Of a stretch of 31,867 bases of DNA, positions 1-9,072 are shown one piece after another; within the stretch, counting starts at the first letter, position 1; every line of letters starts with the position of its first letter. Origin of the DNA: Deltaproteobacteria bacterium (GTDB lineage: Bacteria; Myxococcota_A; UBA9160; SMWR01); the NCBI GenBank assembly GCA_032128115.1, contig JAQBHB010000044.1:1-31867 (forward strand), given 5' to 3'. The notes beneath the pieces are model-generated. The model worked only from the letters and a program-made list of their open reading frames with translations, was not told the DNA's origin and did no database searches. A program made the translations under genes and the position numbers.

Positions 1-554
1 CGCGCGAGACATCGGAGAAACTGAACCGCGCGATTCGCGCGGGTGCGGATGAAGGACTCGGAATGGGTGCCGCCGTGGGACGGGAAATCTCGTCCGGTCG
101 CTATCCCCACAAGGATCGTTCGATCCTGGCGGCCGCAGCGAGGCTCGAGATTCCCGTTACCGTGCACGTTGCGATCGGAACCGACATCCACCACATGCAT
201 CCTGGCGCGGATGGCGCCGCGCTCGGTGCCACCAGCCATCGCGACTTCGAGACGCTGACGGGTCTCGTCGCGATGCTCGAGGGCGGCGTCTACTTCAACG
301 TCGGATCCGCGGTGATCCTGCCCGAGGTCTTCCTGAAGGCACTCGCCCTGGCGCGCAACCTGGGTCACGAGGTGTCGCGCTTCACGGCCGTGGATCTCGA
401 CTTCATTCGCCAGTATCGCCCCCAGCAGAACGTGGTGGGTCGCCCCACGCGACGCGGCGGGCGGGGAATCTCGCTGGTGGGGCATCACGAGATCCTGCTT
501 CCGCTGTTGGCGGCGGGTGTGATCGAGGCGATCGAGGCTCGAGGCTCGTCGTGA
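1..554 (+). CDS. 5'-truncated deoxyhypusine-synthase-like (GSU2086-type) conserved protein
   Basis: Frame 3 is open from the window edge (RETSEKLNRAI...). Motifs IPVTVHVAIGTDIHHMHP, GGVYFNVGSAVILPEVFLKAL and YRPQQNVV..P...GG.G..LVGHHEILLPLL match this family as I recall it. Confidence 0.7.
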   Translation, partial: RETSEKLNRAIRAGADEGLGMGAAVGREISSGRYPHKDRSILAAAARLEIPVTVHVAIGTDIHHMHPGADGAALGATSHRDFETLTGLVAMLEGGVYFNVGSAVILPEVFLKALALARNLGHEVSRFTAVDLDFIRQYRPQQNVVGRPTRRGGRGISLVGHHEILLPLLAAGVIEAIEARGSS

Positions 555-1099
555 GCGGCCGCATCGTGCTGCTGGAGGGAGACATCACCGCGCAGGCGGT
601 GGACGCGATCGTGAACGCGGCCGACAGCTCGCTGCTGCTGGGCTCGGGCGTGGCCGGCGCGATCCGCGAGAAGGGCGGCCCCTCGATCCAGTCCGAATGC
701 GATGCCATCGGGCCCATCCAGGTGGGCGACGCCGCCGTTACCGGGGCTGGGGATCTGCTGGCGCGCTTCGTGATCCACGCGGCGGGCATGCCGCCGGGGG
801 GAAGCGCCAGCGAGGACAGCATCCGGTCCAGCGTGCGCCGGAGTCTCGAGCTGGCGCGGGAGCGCGAGTGCCGCAGCGTTGCGATTCCGGCCGTCGGCGC
901 CGGCGTGGGCGGCTTCCCGGCCCAGCGCTGCGCGGAAATCCTGCTGGCCGAGGCCCAGGCCCATCTGGATGCGGGCACGACGCTCACGGAGATCCGATTC
1001 GTGCTGTTCGGCGAACCCATTTATCGCATGTTCGAGAGCGCCAACGATGCGGCCAGGGTGGAGAAGCAGATGGCGCTCCTGCGCGAGCGGGGTCGTTGA
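551..1099 (+). CDS. Macrodomain protein (Af1521/YmdB-like ADP-ribose-binding or hydrolase)
   Basis: Motifs GDIT..AVDAIVNAAD, GSGVAGAI, TGAGDL.ARFVIHA and SVAIPAVGAGVGGFP; GTGA overlap with upstream gene. Confidence 0.9.
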   Translation: MSGRIVLLEGDITAQAVDAIVNAADSSLLLGSGVAGAIREKGGPSIQSECDAIGPIQVGDAAVTGAGDLLARFVIHAAGMPPGGSASEDSIRSSVRRSLELARERECRSVAIPAVGAGVGGFPAQRCAEILLAEAQAHLDAGTTLTEIRFVLFGEPIYRMFESANDAARVEKQMALLRERGR

Positions 1100-1893
1100 T
1101 GCTGCTCGAGCTCAACCAGATCACTGCCGCCCTCTATCTGGTGGCGGGCCTGGTATCGGGCCTGTCCATCGCGCTGCCCTCGGCTCGCGCGGGACGGGTC
1201 GCGGTGGGTCTGCTGGTGGCGGCGGCGGTAGCCCACGGCGTGGCCTTCTCGCTGCTGCACACCGTTACGCCCACGCCGCCCCTCACCGAACTTCCCCTGG
1301 CCGTGTCGTTCATGGCGTGGATCGGCACGCTCTTCTTTCTGGTGTTGCTGCGCCCCGCCCACCTGGGTCGGCTGGTGGTGGCGGTGGCACCGCTGGCGTT
1401 CCTGGCGGTCTTCGTAGCGGCGCTGCGGCTTCCAGACACCGGTCCGGCCAGTTACTCGGGCAGCGGTTCCTGGCCCCACGCCCACGTGCTGTTGGCCAGC
1501 TCCGGGATTTCGCTCCTGGGCGTGGCGGCCCTGGCGGGTCTGCTGTTCCTGACGGAGCACAGGCGCCTCAAGGCCAAGCGACCCCTGAGCCCGCGTCTGG
1601 ATCTGCCGTCGTTGGAGGCGCTCGACCGCGTGAACGCAGTGGCCCTGGCGGTGGGCTTTCCCCTGCTCACGCTCGGGGTGATCACTGGCTCGATCTGGGT
1701 GCGCAGTGTGAGCGGACATCTCTGGAACGCCTCGGCCCACGAGACCTGGTCGTTGATCGCGTGGGCGGTGTACGCCGTGCTCGTGGTGGTGCGCTTCGGT
1801 TCCAAGCAGGGCTCGCGACGGGCAGCGGCCTCGGCGGTGGCGGGCTTCGCGTTCCTGCTCTTCGCCGTGATCGGCGTGGAGCTGTTGGTGTGA
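1099..1893 (+). CDS. CcsA/HemX/YpjD-like cytochrome c assembly family membrane protein (264 aa)
   Basis: ATG at 1099 overlaps the macrodomain stop (TGATG). About 8 hydrophobic helices. Motifs LPSLEALDRVN..ALAVGFPLLTLGVITGSIW and ETWSLIAWAVY. Sits directly before hemA. Confidence 0.85.
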   Translation: MLLELNQITAALYLVAGLVSGLSIALPSARAGRVAVGLLVAAAVAHGVAFSLLHTVTPTPPLTELPLAVSFMAWIGTLFFLVLLRPAHLGRLVVAVAPLAFLAVFVAALRLPDTGPASYSGSGSWPHAHVLLASSGISLLGVAALAGLLFLTEHRRLKAKRPLSPRLDLPSLEALDRVNAVALAVGFPLLTLGVITGSIWVRSVSGHLWNASAHETWSLIAWAVYAVLVVVRFGSKQGSRRAAASAVAGFAFLLFAVIGVELLV

Positions 1894-3257
1894 AGATCCT
1901 GCTGATCGGCATGAACCACCGCAGCGCGCCCGTGGAGCTTCGCGAGCGCCTGGCCGTGGACGACCCTGCGCCCGCGCTTCGCAAGCTGGTCGCGGGCGAT
2001 GAGATCGACGAAGCGGTGCTGCTCTCCACCTGCAATCGCGTAGAGGTGGTGGCGTTGACCCGGAGTGTCGTAGCCGCGCGCCATCGTCTTCGCTCGTTCT
2101 TCCGGCGAGACCTGGCTGGCGACCGGCCCCTGCTGACCGACATCGAGAAACACGTCTACGAGTTCGGCGGGGCCGAGGCGGTGCGCCACGTGTTGCGCGT
2201 GGCCTCGGCCCTGGACTCCATGGTGGTGGGCGAGCCCCAGATCCTGGGCCAGACCAAGGAGGCCTATCGCGCCGCGTCCGAATGCGGGGCCTGCGGGCCC
2301 ATCCTGGGGCGCTTGTTCCAGAACGCCTTCACCACCGCCAAACGGGTGCGAAGCGAGACCCGGATCGCGGAGCGTCCGGTTTCGGTGGCGCGCGTGGCCG
2401 TGGACCTGGCACACCAGATCTTCGATCACTTCGCGGACAAACGGGCGCTGCTGATCGGGGCCGGCGAGATGATCGAAACGGCCCTGGAGGCCCTGCGCGG
2501 GGCGGGCCTCGCCTCGGTGGCCGTTGCCAATCGCACGCCCGAACGCGCTGGCGAGCTGGCCGCGCGCTTCGAAGCCACCGCGCACGGCCTGGACGAACTG
2601 CCGGCCCTGCTGGCGGGCGTCGACGTGGTGCTCAGCTGCATCGGTGGCGACCGGCCGATCCTGACTCGAGAATGTGTTGCGCGAGCGCTGTCCGAGCGCC
2701 CGCACCAGCCGCTCTTCCTGATCGACCTGGGCGTACCCCGCAATGCGGAACCGGAGGTCGGCCAGGTGGAGAACGCCTATCTGTACGACATCGACGACCT
2801 GGGCTCGGTGGCCCACGAGAACGCCGAGGAGCGCAGGCGCGAGGCGGCGCGGGGCGAGGCCATCGTGGTGGAGCAGCAGCACCGCTTCGACGGCTGGTTC
2901 GCGGCCCTGCGGGCGGTGCCCACGATCCGCCACCTGCGCTCCCGCGCCGAGGAGATCCGCAGCCGGGAGGTGCAGCGCAATCTGGGGCGTCTCGGGTCGG
3001 ATCCGGAGACTGCGGAGGCCGTGGAACGCCTGACCCGCGCCATCGTGAACAAGATCCTCCACGAACCGGTGTCGCGCCTGCGCCGGGAGGCGGAGCGGGA
3101 AGAGGGCATGGCCTACCTGGAGGTGGCCCGCATGCTCTTCGGCCTCGACGAGCCGGACGACGGGGACGACCGGCACGAATCGAGCGAGTCGGCGACCGAT
3201 GCGGAGGAAGATCTGGCGGCCGGCGACCTCCGTCACGATCCCACGGACCCGGAATGA
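1890..3257 (+). CDS. hemA: Glutamyl-tRNA reductase
   Basis: GTG at 1890 (GTGA overlap). Motifs GMNHRSAPVELRE, LSTCNRVE (catalytic Cys), LDSMVVGEPQILGQ, IGAGEM and IDLGVPRN. Confidence 0.97.
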   Translation: MKILLIGMNHRSAPVELRERLAVDDPAPALRKLVAGDEIDEAVLLSTCNRVEVVALTRSVVAARHRLRSFFRRDLAGDRPLLTDIEKHVYEFGGAEAVRHVLRVASALDSMVVGEPQILGQTKEAYRAASECGACGPILGRLFQNAFTTAKRVRSETRIAERPVSVARVAVDLAHQIFDHFADKRALLIGAGEMIETALEALRGAGLASVAVANRTPERAGELAARFEATAHGLDELPALLAGVDVVLSCIGGDRPILTRECVARALSERPHQPLFLIDLGVPRNAEPEVGQVENAYLYDIDDLGSVAHENAEERRREAARGEAIVVEQQHRFDGWFAALRAVPTIRHLRSRAEEIRSREVQRNLGRLGSDPETAEAVERLTRAIVNKILHEPVSRLRREAEREEGMAYLEVARMLFGLDEPDDGDDRHESSESATDAEEDLAAGDLRHDPTDPE

Positions 3258-4186
3258 CGAAGATCCGCCTCGCGACGCGCGCGAGCGATCTGGCCCTGGC
3301 CCAGGCGCGCCAGGTGGCGGCCTGGATCGGATCCGCGCTGGGTGTCGAGACGGAGCTCGTGCCGATCAAGACCACCGGTGATCGCCTGAAAGAGGTTCCC
3401 CTGTCGCGCATCGGAGGCAAGGGATTGTTCGTGAAGGAGATCGAGGAGGCGCTTCTGGAGGGCCGGGCGGACCTGGCCGTGCACAGCGCCAAGGACCTGC
3501 CGGCGACCACGCCGCCGGGCCTGGCCCTGGTGGCTTTCCCCGAACGCGCCGATCCCCGCGACGCATTGGTGGCCCGCGAGCGGGGCACGCGACTGGCGGA
3601 CCTGTTGCCGGGATCCCGCGTGGGCACGGGTAGCGTGCGCCGCGCCGCCCAGCTGCTGGCCCACCGCAGCGACCTCACGATCGTTGCGTTGCGGGGCAAC
3701 GTGCCCACCCGGCTTCGCAAGCTTCACGACGAGGCACTCGACGCCGTGGTGTTGGCCTGCGCCGGACTCGAACGCCTGGGGCTCGAGGACCAGATCGACG
3801 AGCGGATCCCGCCGGAGATCCTGCTGCCCGCCGTGGGCCAGGGGGCGATCGCGGTGGAGGGCCGGGTGAACGATCCCGTTTCGCGCGACGTGGCGTCGCT
3901 CAGTCACCCGCACACCACTGTCTGCGTGGCCGCCGAGCGCGGCTTCCTGTGTGGCCTCGCCGGTGACTGCAACGTGCCACTGGCGGCCCTGGCGGAGCAC
4001 CAGTCCGGGGGCAGCCTGCGCCTGCGCGCCCTGCTGTCGACCAGCGACGGCACGCGAATCCTTCGCTACGACGGAGAGTCCCAGGCGGCAGGGGCGGCGG
4101 ATCTGGGCGCGGCGGCCGCCCGGGCCGTGCTGCAGGGCGGCGGCGAGGCGATGCTGGCGGCGCTTCGCGCCGAGGCGGCCTCGTGA
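3254..4186 (+). CDS. hemC: Hydroxymethylbilane synthase (porphobilinogen deaminase)
   Basis: ATG at 3254 (ATGA overlap). Motifs IRLATRASDLALAQ, GGKGLFVKEIE, AVHSAKDLP, LRGNVPTRL and GDCNVP. Confidence 0.97.
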   Translation: MTKIRLATRASDLALAQARQVAAWIGSALGVETELVPIKTTGDRLKEVPLSRIGGKGLFVKEIEEALLEGRADLAVHSAKDLPATTPPGLALVAFPERADPRDALVARERGTRLADLLPGSRVGTGSVRRAAQLLAHRSDLTIVALRGNVPTRLRKLHDEALDAVVLACAGLERLGLEDQIDERIPPEILLPAVGQGAIAVEGRVNDPVSRDVASLSHPHTTVCVAAERGFLCGLAGDCNVPLAALAEHQSGGSLRLRALLSTSDGTRILRYDGESQAAGAADLGAAAARAVLQGGGEAMLAALRAEAAS

Positions 4187-5751
4187 GCGGGCCGATCCGC
4201 GGCCGTGTGATCCTGGTGGGGGGGGGGCCCGGCGACCCGGATCTCATCACCCTGCGCGGGGCGGCGGCGCTGCGAGCGGCGGACGCCGTGGTCTACGACG
4301 CCCTGTCGCCCCGTGAGCTGCTGGAGCTGGCACCCCCCGAGGCGGAGCGCATCAACGTGGGCAAGCGAGGCCACGACGCCCCCACGCGCCCGCAACAGGA
4401 GATCACCGAGCTGCTGGTGACGCTGGCACGCGAGGGCAAGACCGTGGTGCGCCTGAAGGGTGGGGACCCCTTCGTGTTCGGACGCGGGGCGGAAGAGGTG
4501 AGCGCCTGTCGCAACGCCGACATTCCGTTCGAGGTGGTGCCCGGGGTGTCGTCGGCGGTGGGCGCGCTCGCGTACGCGGGTATCCCCGTCACCGACCGGC
4601 GTCATGGGGCGTCGTTCGCGGTGGTGACCGGCCACAAGGATCCCACCCAGGTGACGGCCGATACCCGCTGGGAAGCCCTTGGCAGCGCCGTGGACACGGT
4701 GGTGATCCTGATGGGCATGCGCAACCTGGAGTCGATCGTATCTCGCATCCTCGAGGGCGGGCGCGACCCGCAGACCCCTGCCGCGGTAGTCACCCACGGG
4801 ACCCTGCCGGAACAGAGGGTGGTGGAGGCGCCCCTCGTCGAGCTGGTGGAGCGGGTGCGCGCGGCGGGCCTCGTAGCCCCTGGCGTGGTGGTGATTGGAG
4901 ACGTGGTGCGTATGCGAGAGAGCCTGGCGTGGTACGAGCGCAAGCCGCTGTTCGGGATGCGCGTGCTGGTGACCCGCGCCCGCGACCAGGCCGGCGATCT
5001 GGTAGAGGCCCTGCGCGCCGCCGGCGCCCGGCCCCAGGTCATGCCCATGATCCGGCTGGTGGCGCCCAGCGATCCGCGGCCCGCGGACGCCGCCCTGGCG
5101 CAGGTCGCGAACTACGACGCCTGGATCTTCACCAGCGCCAACGCCGTGCGGTTCTTTGCCGAGCGGGCGCGTTCGCGCGGAGTCGCTCTCGGAGGCGTGG
5201 CGGCGCCTGTGTTCTGCGTGGGGCCGCGCACGGCCACGGCCGCACGCGATCAGGGGCTTCGGGTACACGGGATTCCCGAGAGCCGATTCGATGCCGAGGG
5301 TCTGTTGGCGCTGATTGAGAAGCACCTGCCGCCGGACGGGCGGCGCTTCCTGATGCCGCGGGCCGAAGGCGGGCGCGACGTGTTGCAGGACGGATTGCGG
5401 GCCGCGGGCGCCCGGGTGGACGCCGTGGCCGTCTATCGCAGCGCGCCGCCGGAGCTGGATCCGACCTCCCTGCGCCGCCAGCTGGTGGCCGGCGATTTCC
5501 AGGCCCTCACGTTCACGAGTCCCTCGACCGCGCGACACTTCACGGCGCTGCTGGATCCGGCCTCGCGCCGCGCCGCGGGGCGCTGCTGGATCGCGTGCAT
5601 TGGACCCGTCACCGCGGAGGCGCTACGACGTGAAGGGCTCGCGCCGGATGTGACCCCCGAGCGAGCCAGCATGGCGGAGCTGGTGCAGGCGCTCGCCGAA
5701 TTTGCGGCGGAGCCTTTACACGGGTCCCCACACTCGGAGGCGTCCTCGTGA
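4183..5751 (+). CDS. cobA: Fused uroporphyrinogen-III C-methyltransferase / uroporphyrinogen-III synthase (CobA-HemD)
   Basis: N-terminal [11 protein letters not shown] and [14 protein letters not shown]-terminal [29 protein letters not shown] and CIGPVT. Confidence 0.95.
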   Translation: MSGPIRGRVILVGGGPGDPDLITLRGAAALRAADAVVYDALSPRELLELAPPEAERINVGKRGHDAPTRPQQEITELLVTLAREGKTVVRLKGGDPFVFGRGAEEVSACRNADIPFEVVPGVSSAVGALAYAGIPVTDRRHGASFAVVTGHKDPTQVTADTRWEALGSAVDTVVILMGMRNLESIVSRILEGGRDPQTPAAVVTHGTLPEQRVVEAPLVELVERVRAAGLVAPGVVVIGDVVRMRESLAWYERKPLFGMRVLVTRARDQAGDLVEALRAAGARPQVMPMIRLVAPSDPRPADAALAQVANYDAWIFTSANAVRFFAERARSRGVALGGVAAPVFCVGPRTATAARDQGLRVHGIPESRFDAEGLLALIEKHLPPDGRRFLMPRAEGGRDVLQDGLRAAGARVDAVAVYRSAPPELDPTSLRRQLVAGDFQALTFTSPSTARHFTALLDPASRRAAGRCWIACIGPVTAEALRREGLAPDVTPERASMAELVQALAEFAAEPLHGSPHSEASS

Positions 5752-6722
5752 GCTTTCCGCGAACCCGGATGCGCAGACTGCGCCGCAGCGAGAGCCTGCG
5801 CCGGATGGTGCGCGAGACACATCTCTCCCGCGACGATCTGGTGCTTCCGCTGTTCGTCGTGGAGGGCAGCGGTGTGCGTGAGCCCGTGGCTTCCATGCCC
5901 GGGGTGTTCCGCTTTTCTGTCGACATGCTGGTGCGCGAAGCCAAACAGGTCAGCGACGCGGGCATTCCGGCCGTGATCCTGTTCGGGATTCCCGCCGACA
6001 AGGATGCCAGGGGCTCGGGTGCCGACGCGGCCGGGGGCGTGGTGCAGCGTGCGGTCGAGGCGGTGAAGGCCGCCGAACCCGATCTGTGCGTCATCACCGA
6101 CGTGTGCCTGTGCGAGTACACCGACCACGGACACTGCGGCCTGATCGAGGCGGGCGACGTGGTGAACGACCCCAGTGTGGCGCGCCTGGCCGAGACCGCG
6201 GTCTCCCACGCCAACGCCGGTGCCGACGTGGTGGCGCCCTCGGACATGATGGATGGCCGAGTGGCCGCCATCCGCACCGCCCTCGACGCGGGCGGCTTCG
6301 AGGATGTGGCCATCCTGTCGTATGCGGCCAAGTTTGCCAGCGCCTACTACGGCCCGTTCCGGGATGCGGCCGAGAGCACGCCGCGTTTCGGAGACCGGCG
6401 CAGTTACCAGATGGATCCCGCCAACGGGCGCGAGGCGTTGCGCGAGATGGAGCTGGATCTCCAGGAGGGGGCGGACGTCCTGATGGTGAAGCCGGCGCTG
6501 CCGTACCTGGATCTGCTGTCCGAGGCGCGCCGGCGGTTCGATGTTCCCCTGGCGGCCTACCAGGTGTCGGGTGAGTACGCGATGATCGTTGCAGCCGCCG
6601 AGCGCGGCTGGATCGATGGCGAGCGCGCCATGGAGGAGGCGCTGATCTCGATCAAACGCGCCGGCGCCGACTGGATCCTCACCTACGCGGCCCTGGATCT
6701 GGCCGCCCGGCTCCCGAGGTAG
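5748..6722 (+). CDS. hemB: Porphobilinogen synthase (ALA dehydratase), Zn-type
   Basis: Motifs [20 protein letters not shown] (Zn cysteines), [20 protein letters not shown] and AYQVSGEY. Confidence 0.97.
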   Translation: MSFPRTRMRRLRRSESLRRMVRETHLSRDDLVLPLFVVEGSGVREPVASMPGVFRFSVDMLVREAKQVSDAGIPAVILFGIPADKDARGSGADAAGGVVQRAVEAVKAAEPDLCVITDVCLCEYTDHGHCGLIEAGDVVNDPSVARLAETAVSHANAGADVVAPSDMMDGRVAAIRTALDAGGFEDVAILSYAAKFASAYYGPFRDAAESTPRFGDRRSYQMDPANGREALREMELDLQEGADVLMVKPALPYLDLLSEARRRFDVPLAAYQVSGEYAMIVAAAERGWIDGERAMEEALISIKRAGADWILTYAALDLAARLPR

Positions 6723-6731
6723 ACCGACCCC

Positions 6732-6905
6732 GTGCTCCAATACAAGGTGATCGAACTCAGCACCGTCACCGAGGACGAGATCGAGCAGACCCTGAACGAG
6801 TGGGCCTCCCAGGGTTGGAGCTACGACGGCATGCAGTTCGCCATGCGCGACTCCTCGAAGCGCCCCAGCATGGCGTTCATCACCTTCACGCGCGAATCCG
6901 GCTAG
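6732..6905 (+). CDS. Small DUF4177-like protein (57 aa), absent from the supplied ORF track
   Basis: GTG..TAG frame translates to MLQYKVIELSTVTEDEIEQTLNEWASQGWSYDGMQFAMRDSSKRPSMAFITFTRESG. It has the YKV...LN....GW pattern, GC-rich third positions, and fills the gap after hemB. Confidence 0.8.
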   Translation: MLQYKVIELSTVTEDEIEQTLNEWASQGWSYDGMQFAMRDSSKRPSMAFITFTRESG

Positions 6906-6940
6906 CGGACGAACAAAGCGAGTTCGAGCGGGAGGGACGG

Positions 6941-7714
6941 ATGCTAGAATCCCCCCGCATGGCATCCTTCGGCCGCCGGTTTGGCGTTCTGTGGCACGAG
7001 ATCGTGATGGAGACGCTGCGGAGGCCGCGGCGGCTGCTCTCGATCTTCCGCCCCAGTGTGATCAAGGTTTACGCGGGATACTTGCGTGAGAAGTTCCGGT
7101 CCGAGGCGCGCGACTGGGCCGACCGTGGCTCGGCCTTCACCGGCCGCAACTACGCCAGCTACCAGGAATACCTGGCCCACCAGACCTCGGGTCTCCAGCA
7201 CCTGGACCTCGCGGAGTACGATCGCGCGTTCATCGCCGCCCTGATCGAGCGGCTCCGGACCCTGGATGCCGTATCGCCGGGAGCGAATGCGCTGTGCCTG
7301 GGCGCGCGAACCGGTGCGGAGGTGCGGGCCTTCCTCGAGGTCGGTTGCTTCGCGGTGGGCATCGACATCAATCCCCGCGCCAAGAGCCCCTGGGTGCTGT
7401 ACGGCGACTTCCAATCCCTGCAGTTCGCCAGCGATTCCGTGGACGTGGTCTACACCAACTCCCTGGATCACGCGTTCGATCTGAAGAAGGTGATGGGCGA
7501 GGCGCGCCGGGTTCTCAAGCCCGACGGTCTCCTCATCGTCGAAATGGCGCGCGGGAGCGACGAAGGCGTCGCTCCCGGCGACTACGAGGCCTTCTGGTGG
7601 GCGTCCACCGAAGATCTGGTGTCCGCCATCGAGCAGGCGGGATTCGCGCGCTTCGCGAGCTCCGAGTTCGAGCAGCCGTGGCGTGGCCACCGCTTCTGCC
7701 TGCGATTGGCCTGA
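6941..7714 (+). CDS. Class I SAM-dependent methyltransferase (Methyltransf_11-like)
   Basis: GGAGG RBS before ATG 6941. Motifs ALCLGARTGAE, AVGIDINP, GDFQSLQF..DSVDVVY and EARRVLKPDGLLIV. Confidence 0.85.
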   Translation: MLESPRMASFGRRFGVLWHEIVMETLRRPRRLLSIFRPSVIKVYAGYLREKFRSEARDWADRGSAFTGRNYASYQEYLAHQTSGLQHLDLAEYDRAFIAALIERLRTLDAVSPGANALCLGARTGAEVRAFLEVGCFAVGIDINPRAKSPWVLYGDFQSLQFASDSVDVVYTNSLDHAFDLKKVMGEARRVLKPDGLLIVEMARGSDEGVAPGDYEAFWWASTEDLVSAIEQAGFARFASSEFEQPWRGHRFCLRLA

Positions 7715-7734
7715 GTGCCGGCCCGGCGGCCGGC

Positions 7735-9072
7735 CTAGTTTCCGGATCTCTTCACGAATGCGTACGGAAGGATCGTCTGTACCAGGTCGATCCGTGACTG
7801 CAGCGAGCGGCTCACGCCCGAGAGCAGGCCAAGCACGCGACCCAGAAGCACCACGTGGGAGGGGATGCGTACGATGGGGTTCTCGCGGATCTTGTCCGGA
7901 AGCTCCCGGCCCACTCGCGCCGCCATGTCCCGGTTCAGGTAGGCGCGATCCTGGAACTCGGTGGCCACGCCAAGCGTGTAGCGGGCGATCTCCGCCAGGG
8001 ATTCGGGGCGCCCATCCCGGGTCTCGAACCCCAGCTCCACCAGGGCCTCGGCCATGAGTTCCACATCGCCGCGCAGCAAGGCGCCGGCAAACGAGACGAT
8101 GCCCTGGCGAAAATCCGGCGGGAGCTTCTTGGCCAGTCCGAAGTCGAGCAGCACCAGGCGTGCGGGTCCTCCGTCGCCGGGCTGCACGAGCAGGTTGCCC
8201 GGGTGAGGATCGGCGTGGAAGAAGCCCTGGACCAGCACCTGCTCGCAGTAGGTCTCCACCAGGGTCTTCACCACCTGGTCCGTGTCCACTCCCGCGGCCT
8301 TCAGGGCCTCGCCGTCGGTGATCTTGATGCCGTCCATGAAGTCCATCACCAGCACGCGCCGGGTGGTGAGCTCCCAGTGGATGCGGGGGATCACCACGTC
8401 GTCGCGATCGGCCAGGGCGCGGGCGATGGTCTCGGCGTTGTGCCCCTCGTTCAGGAAGTCGAGCTCCCGGGGAACGTGGGTGGCGAGTTCGTCGATGAGC
8501 GGCATCAGATCGAAGTCCCGCTCCACCAGCTCGACGGCGCGGAAGAGGAATCGCAGATTCGAGAGATCGCCCCGGATCAACCGCTCGATCTCCGGGTATT
8601 GGATCTTCACAGCCACCCGGCGTCCGTTCTTCAGACGCGCTTCGTGCACCTGTGCCAGGGACGCCGACGCGATCGGCTTGCTGGAGAAGTCGCTGAAGAT
8701 CTCCGACAGCCCGGCGCCCAGCTCGCGCTCCACGGTTCCCCGGGCGCTGGCGAAGGATTTGGGCGGCACCCGGTCCTGGAGCTTCGAGAGTTCGTCTACC
8801 CATTCGCGCGGGAGCACGTCGGCCCGCGAGCCGAGGAACTGGCAGCCCTTGAGGATCAGTCCGCGCAGGTCGATGGCGGTCTCGTACACCGATCGGGCGC
8901 TGGCGCGGTGGAAGCGCGACCAGCGCTCGTCCATGTCGGCCGGCTGCAGGCGCCTGGCGATGAAGCGGTGGGCCTTCGCTCCCAGGTAGATGCGCCCGAA
9001 GGTGGTGGAGATCCGCCGCGCCCGGTAGACGCGCTGCGCGGTCGACACCGAACCGCTGGGAGTCGTACTCAC
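7735..9072 (-). CDS. ABC1/UbiB/AarF family atypical kinase
   Basis: Motifs LQDRVPP, PIASASLAQVH, VAVKIQYP, ELDFLNEG, FFHADPHPGN and LLDFG. Start placed at the GTG (9072) overlapping the upstream stop. Confidence 0.92.
   Translation of the reverse strand: MSTTPSGSVSTAQRVYRARRISTTFGRIYLGAKAHRFIARRLQPADMDERWSRFHRASARSVYETAIDLRGLILKGCQFLGSRADVLPREWVDELSKLQDRVPPKSFASARGTVERELGAGLSEIFSDFSSKPIASASLAQVHEARLKNGRRVAVKIQYPEIERLIRGDLSNLRFLFRAVELVERDFDLMPLIDELATHVPRELDFLNEGHNAETIARALADRDDVVIPRIHWELTTRRVLVMDFMDGIKITDGEALKAAGVDTDQVVKTLVETYCEQVLVQGFFHADPHPGNLLVQPGDGGPARLVLLDFGLAKKLPPDFRQGIVSFAGALLRGDVELMAEALVELGFETRDGRPESLAEIARYTLGVATEFQDRAYLNRDMAARVGRELPDKIRENPIVRIPSHVVLLGRVLGLLSGVSRSLQSRIDLVQTILPYAFVKRSGN

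Noticed and set aside
551..1099. Macrodomain as a DarG antitoxin or anti-phage defence component
   Set aside because: Single-domain protein with no darT, sirtuin or other defence gene adjacent; embedded in a housekeeping operon.
697..3253. Long N-terminal extensions on ccsA (697), hemA (879) and hemC (2282), and likewise GMC (15027), suggesting fusions
   Set aside because: The extensions are out-of-frame read-through of upstream genes; true starts coincide with 1-4-bp stop/start overlaps.
7717..7734. gccggcc-cggc-ggccggc hairpin between convergent genes
   Set aside because: Short all-GC stem without a U-tract; too weak to call a terminator.
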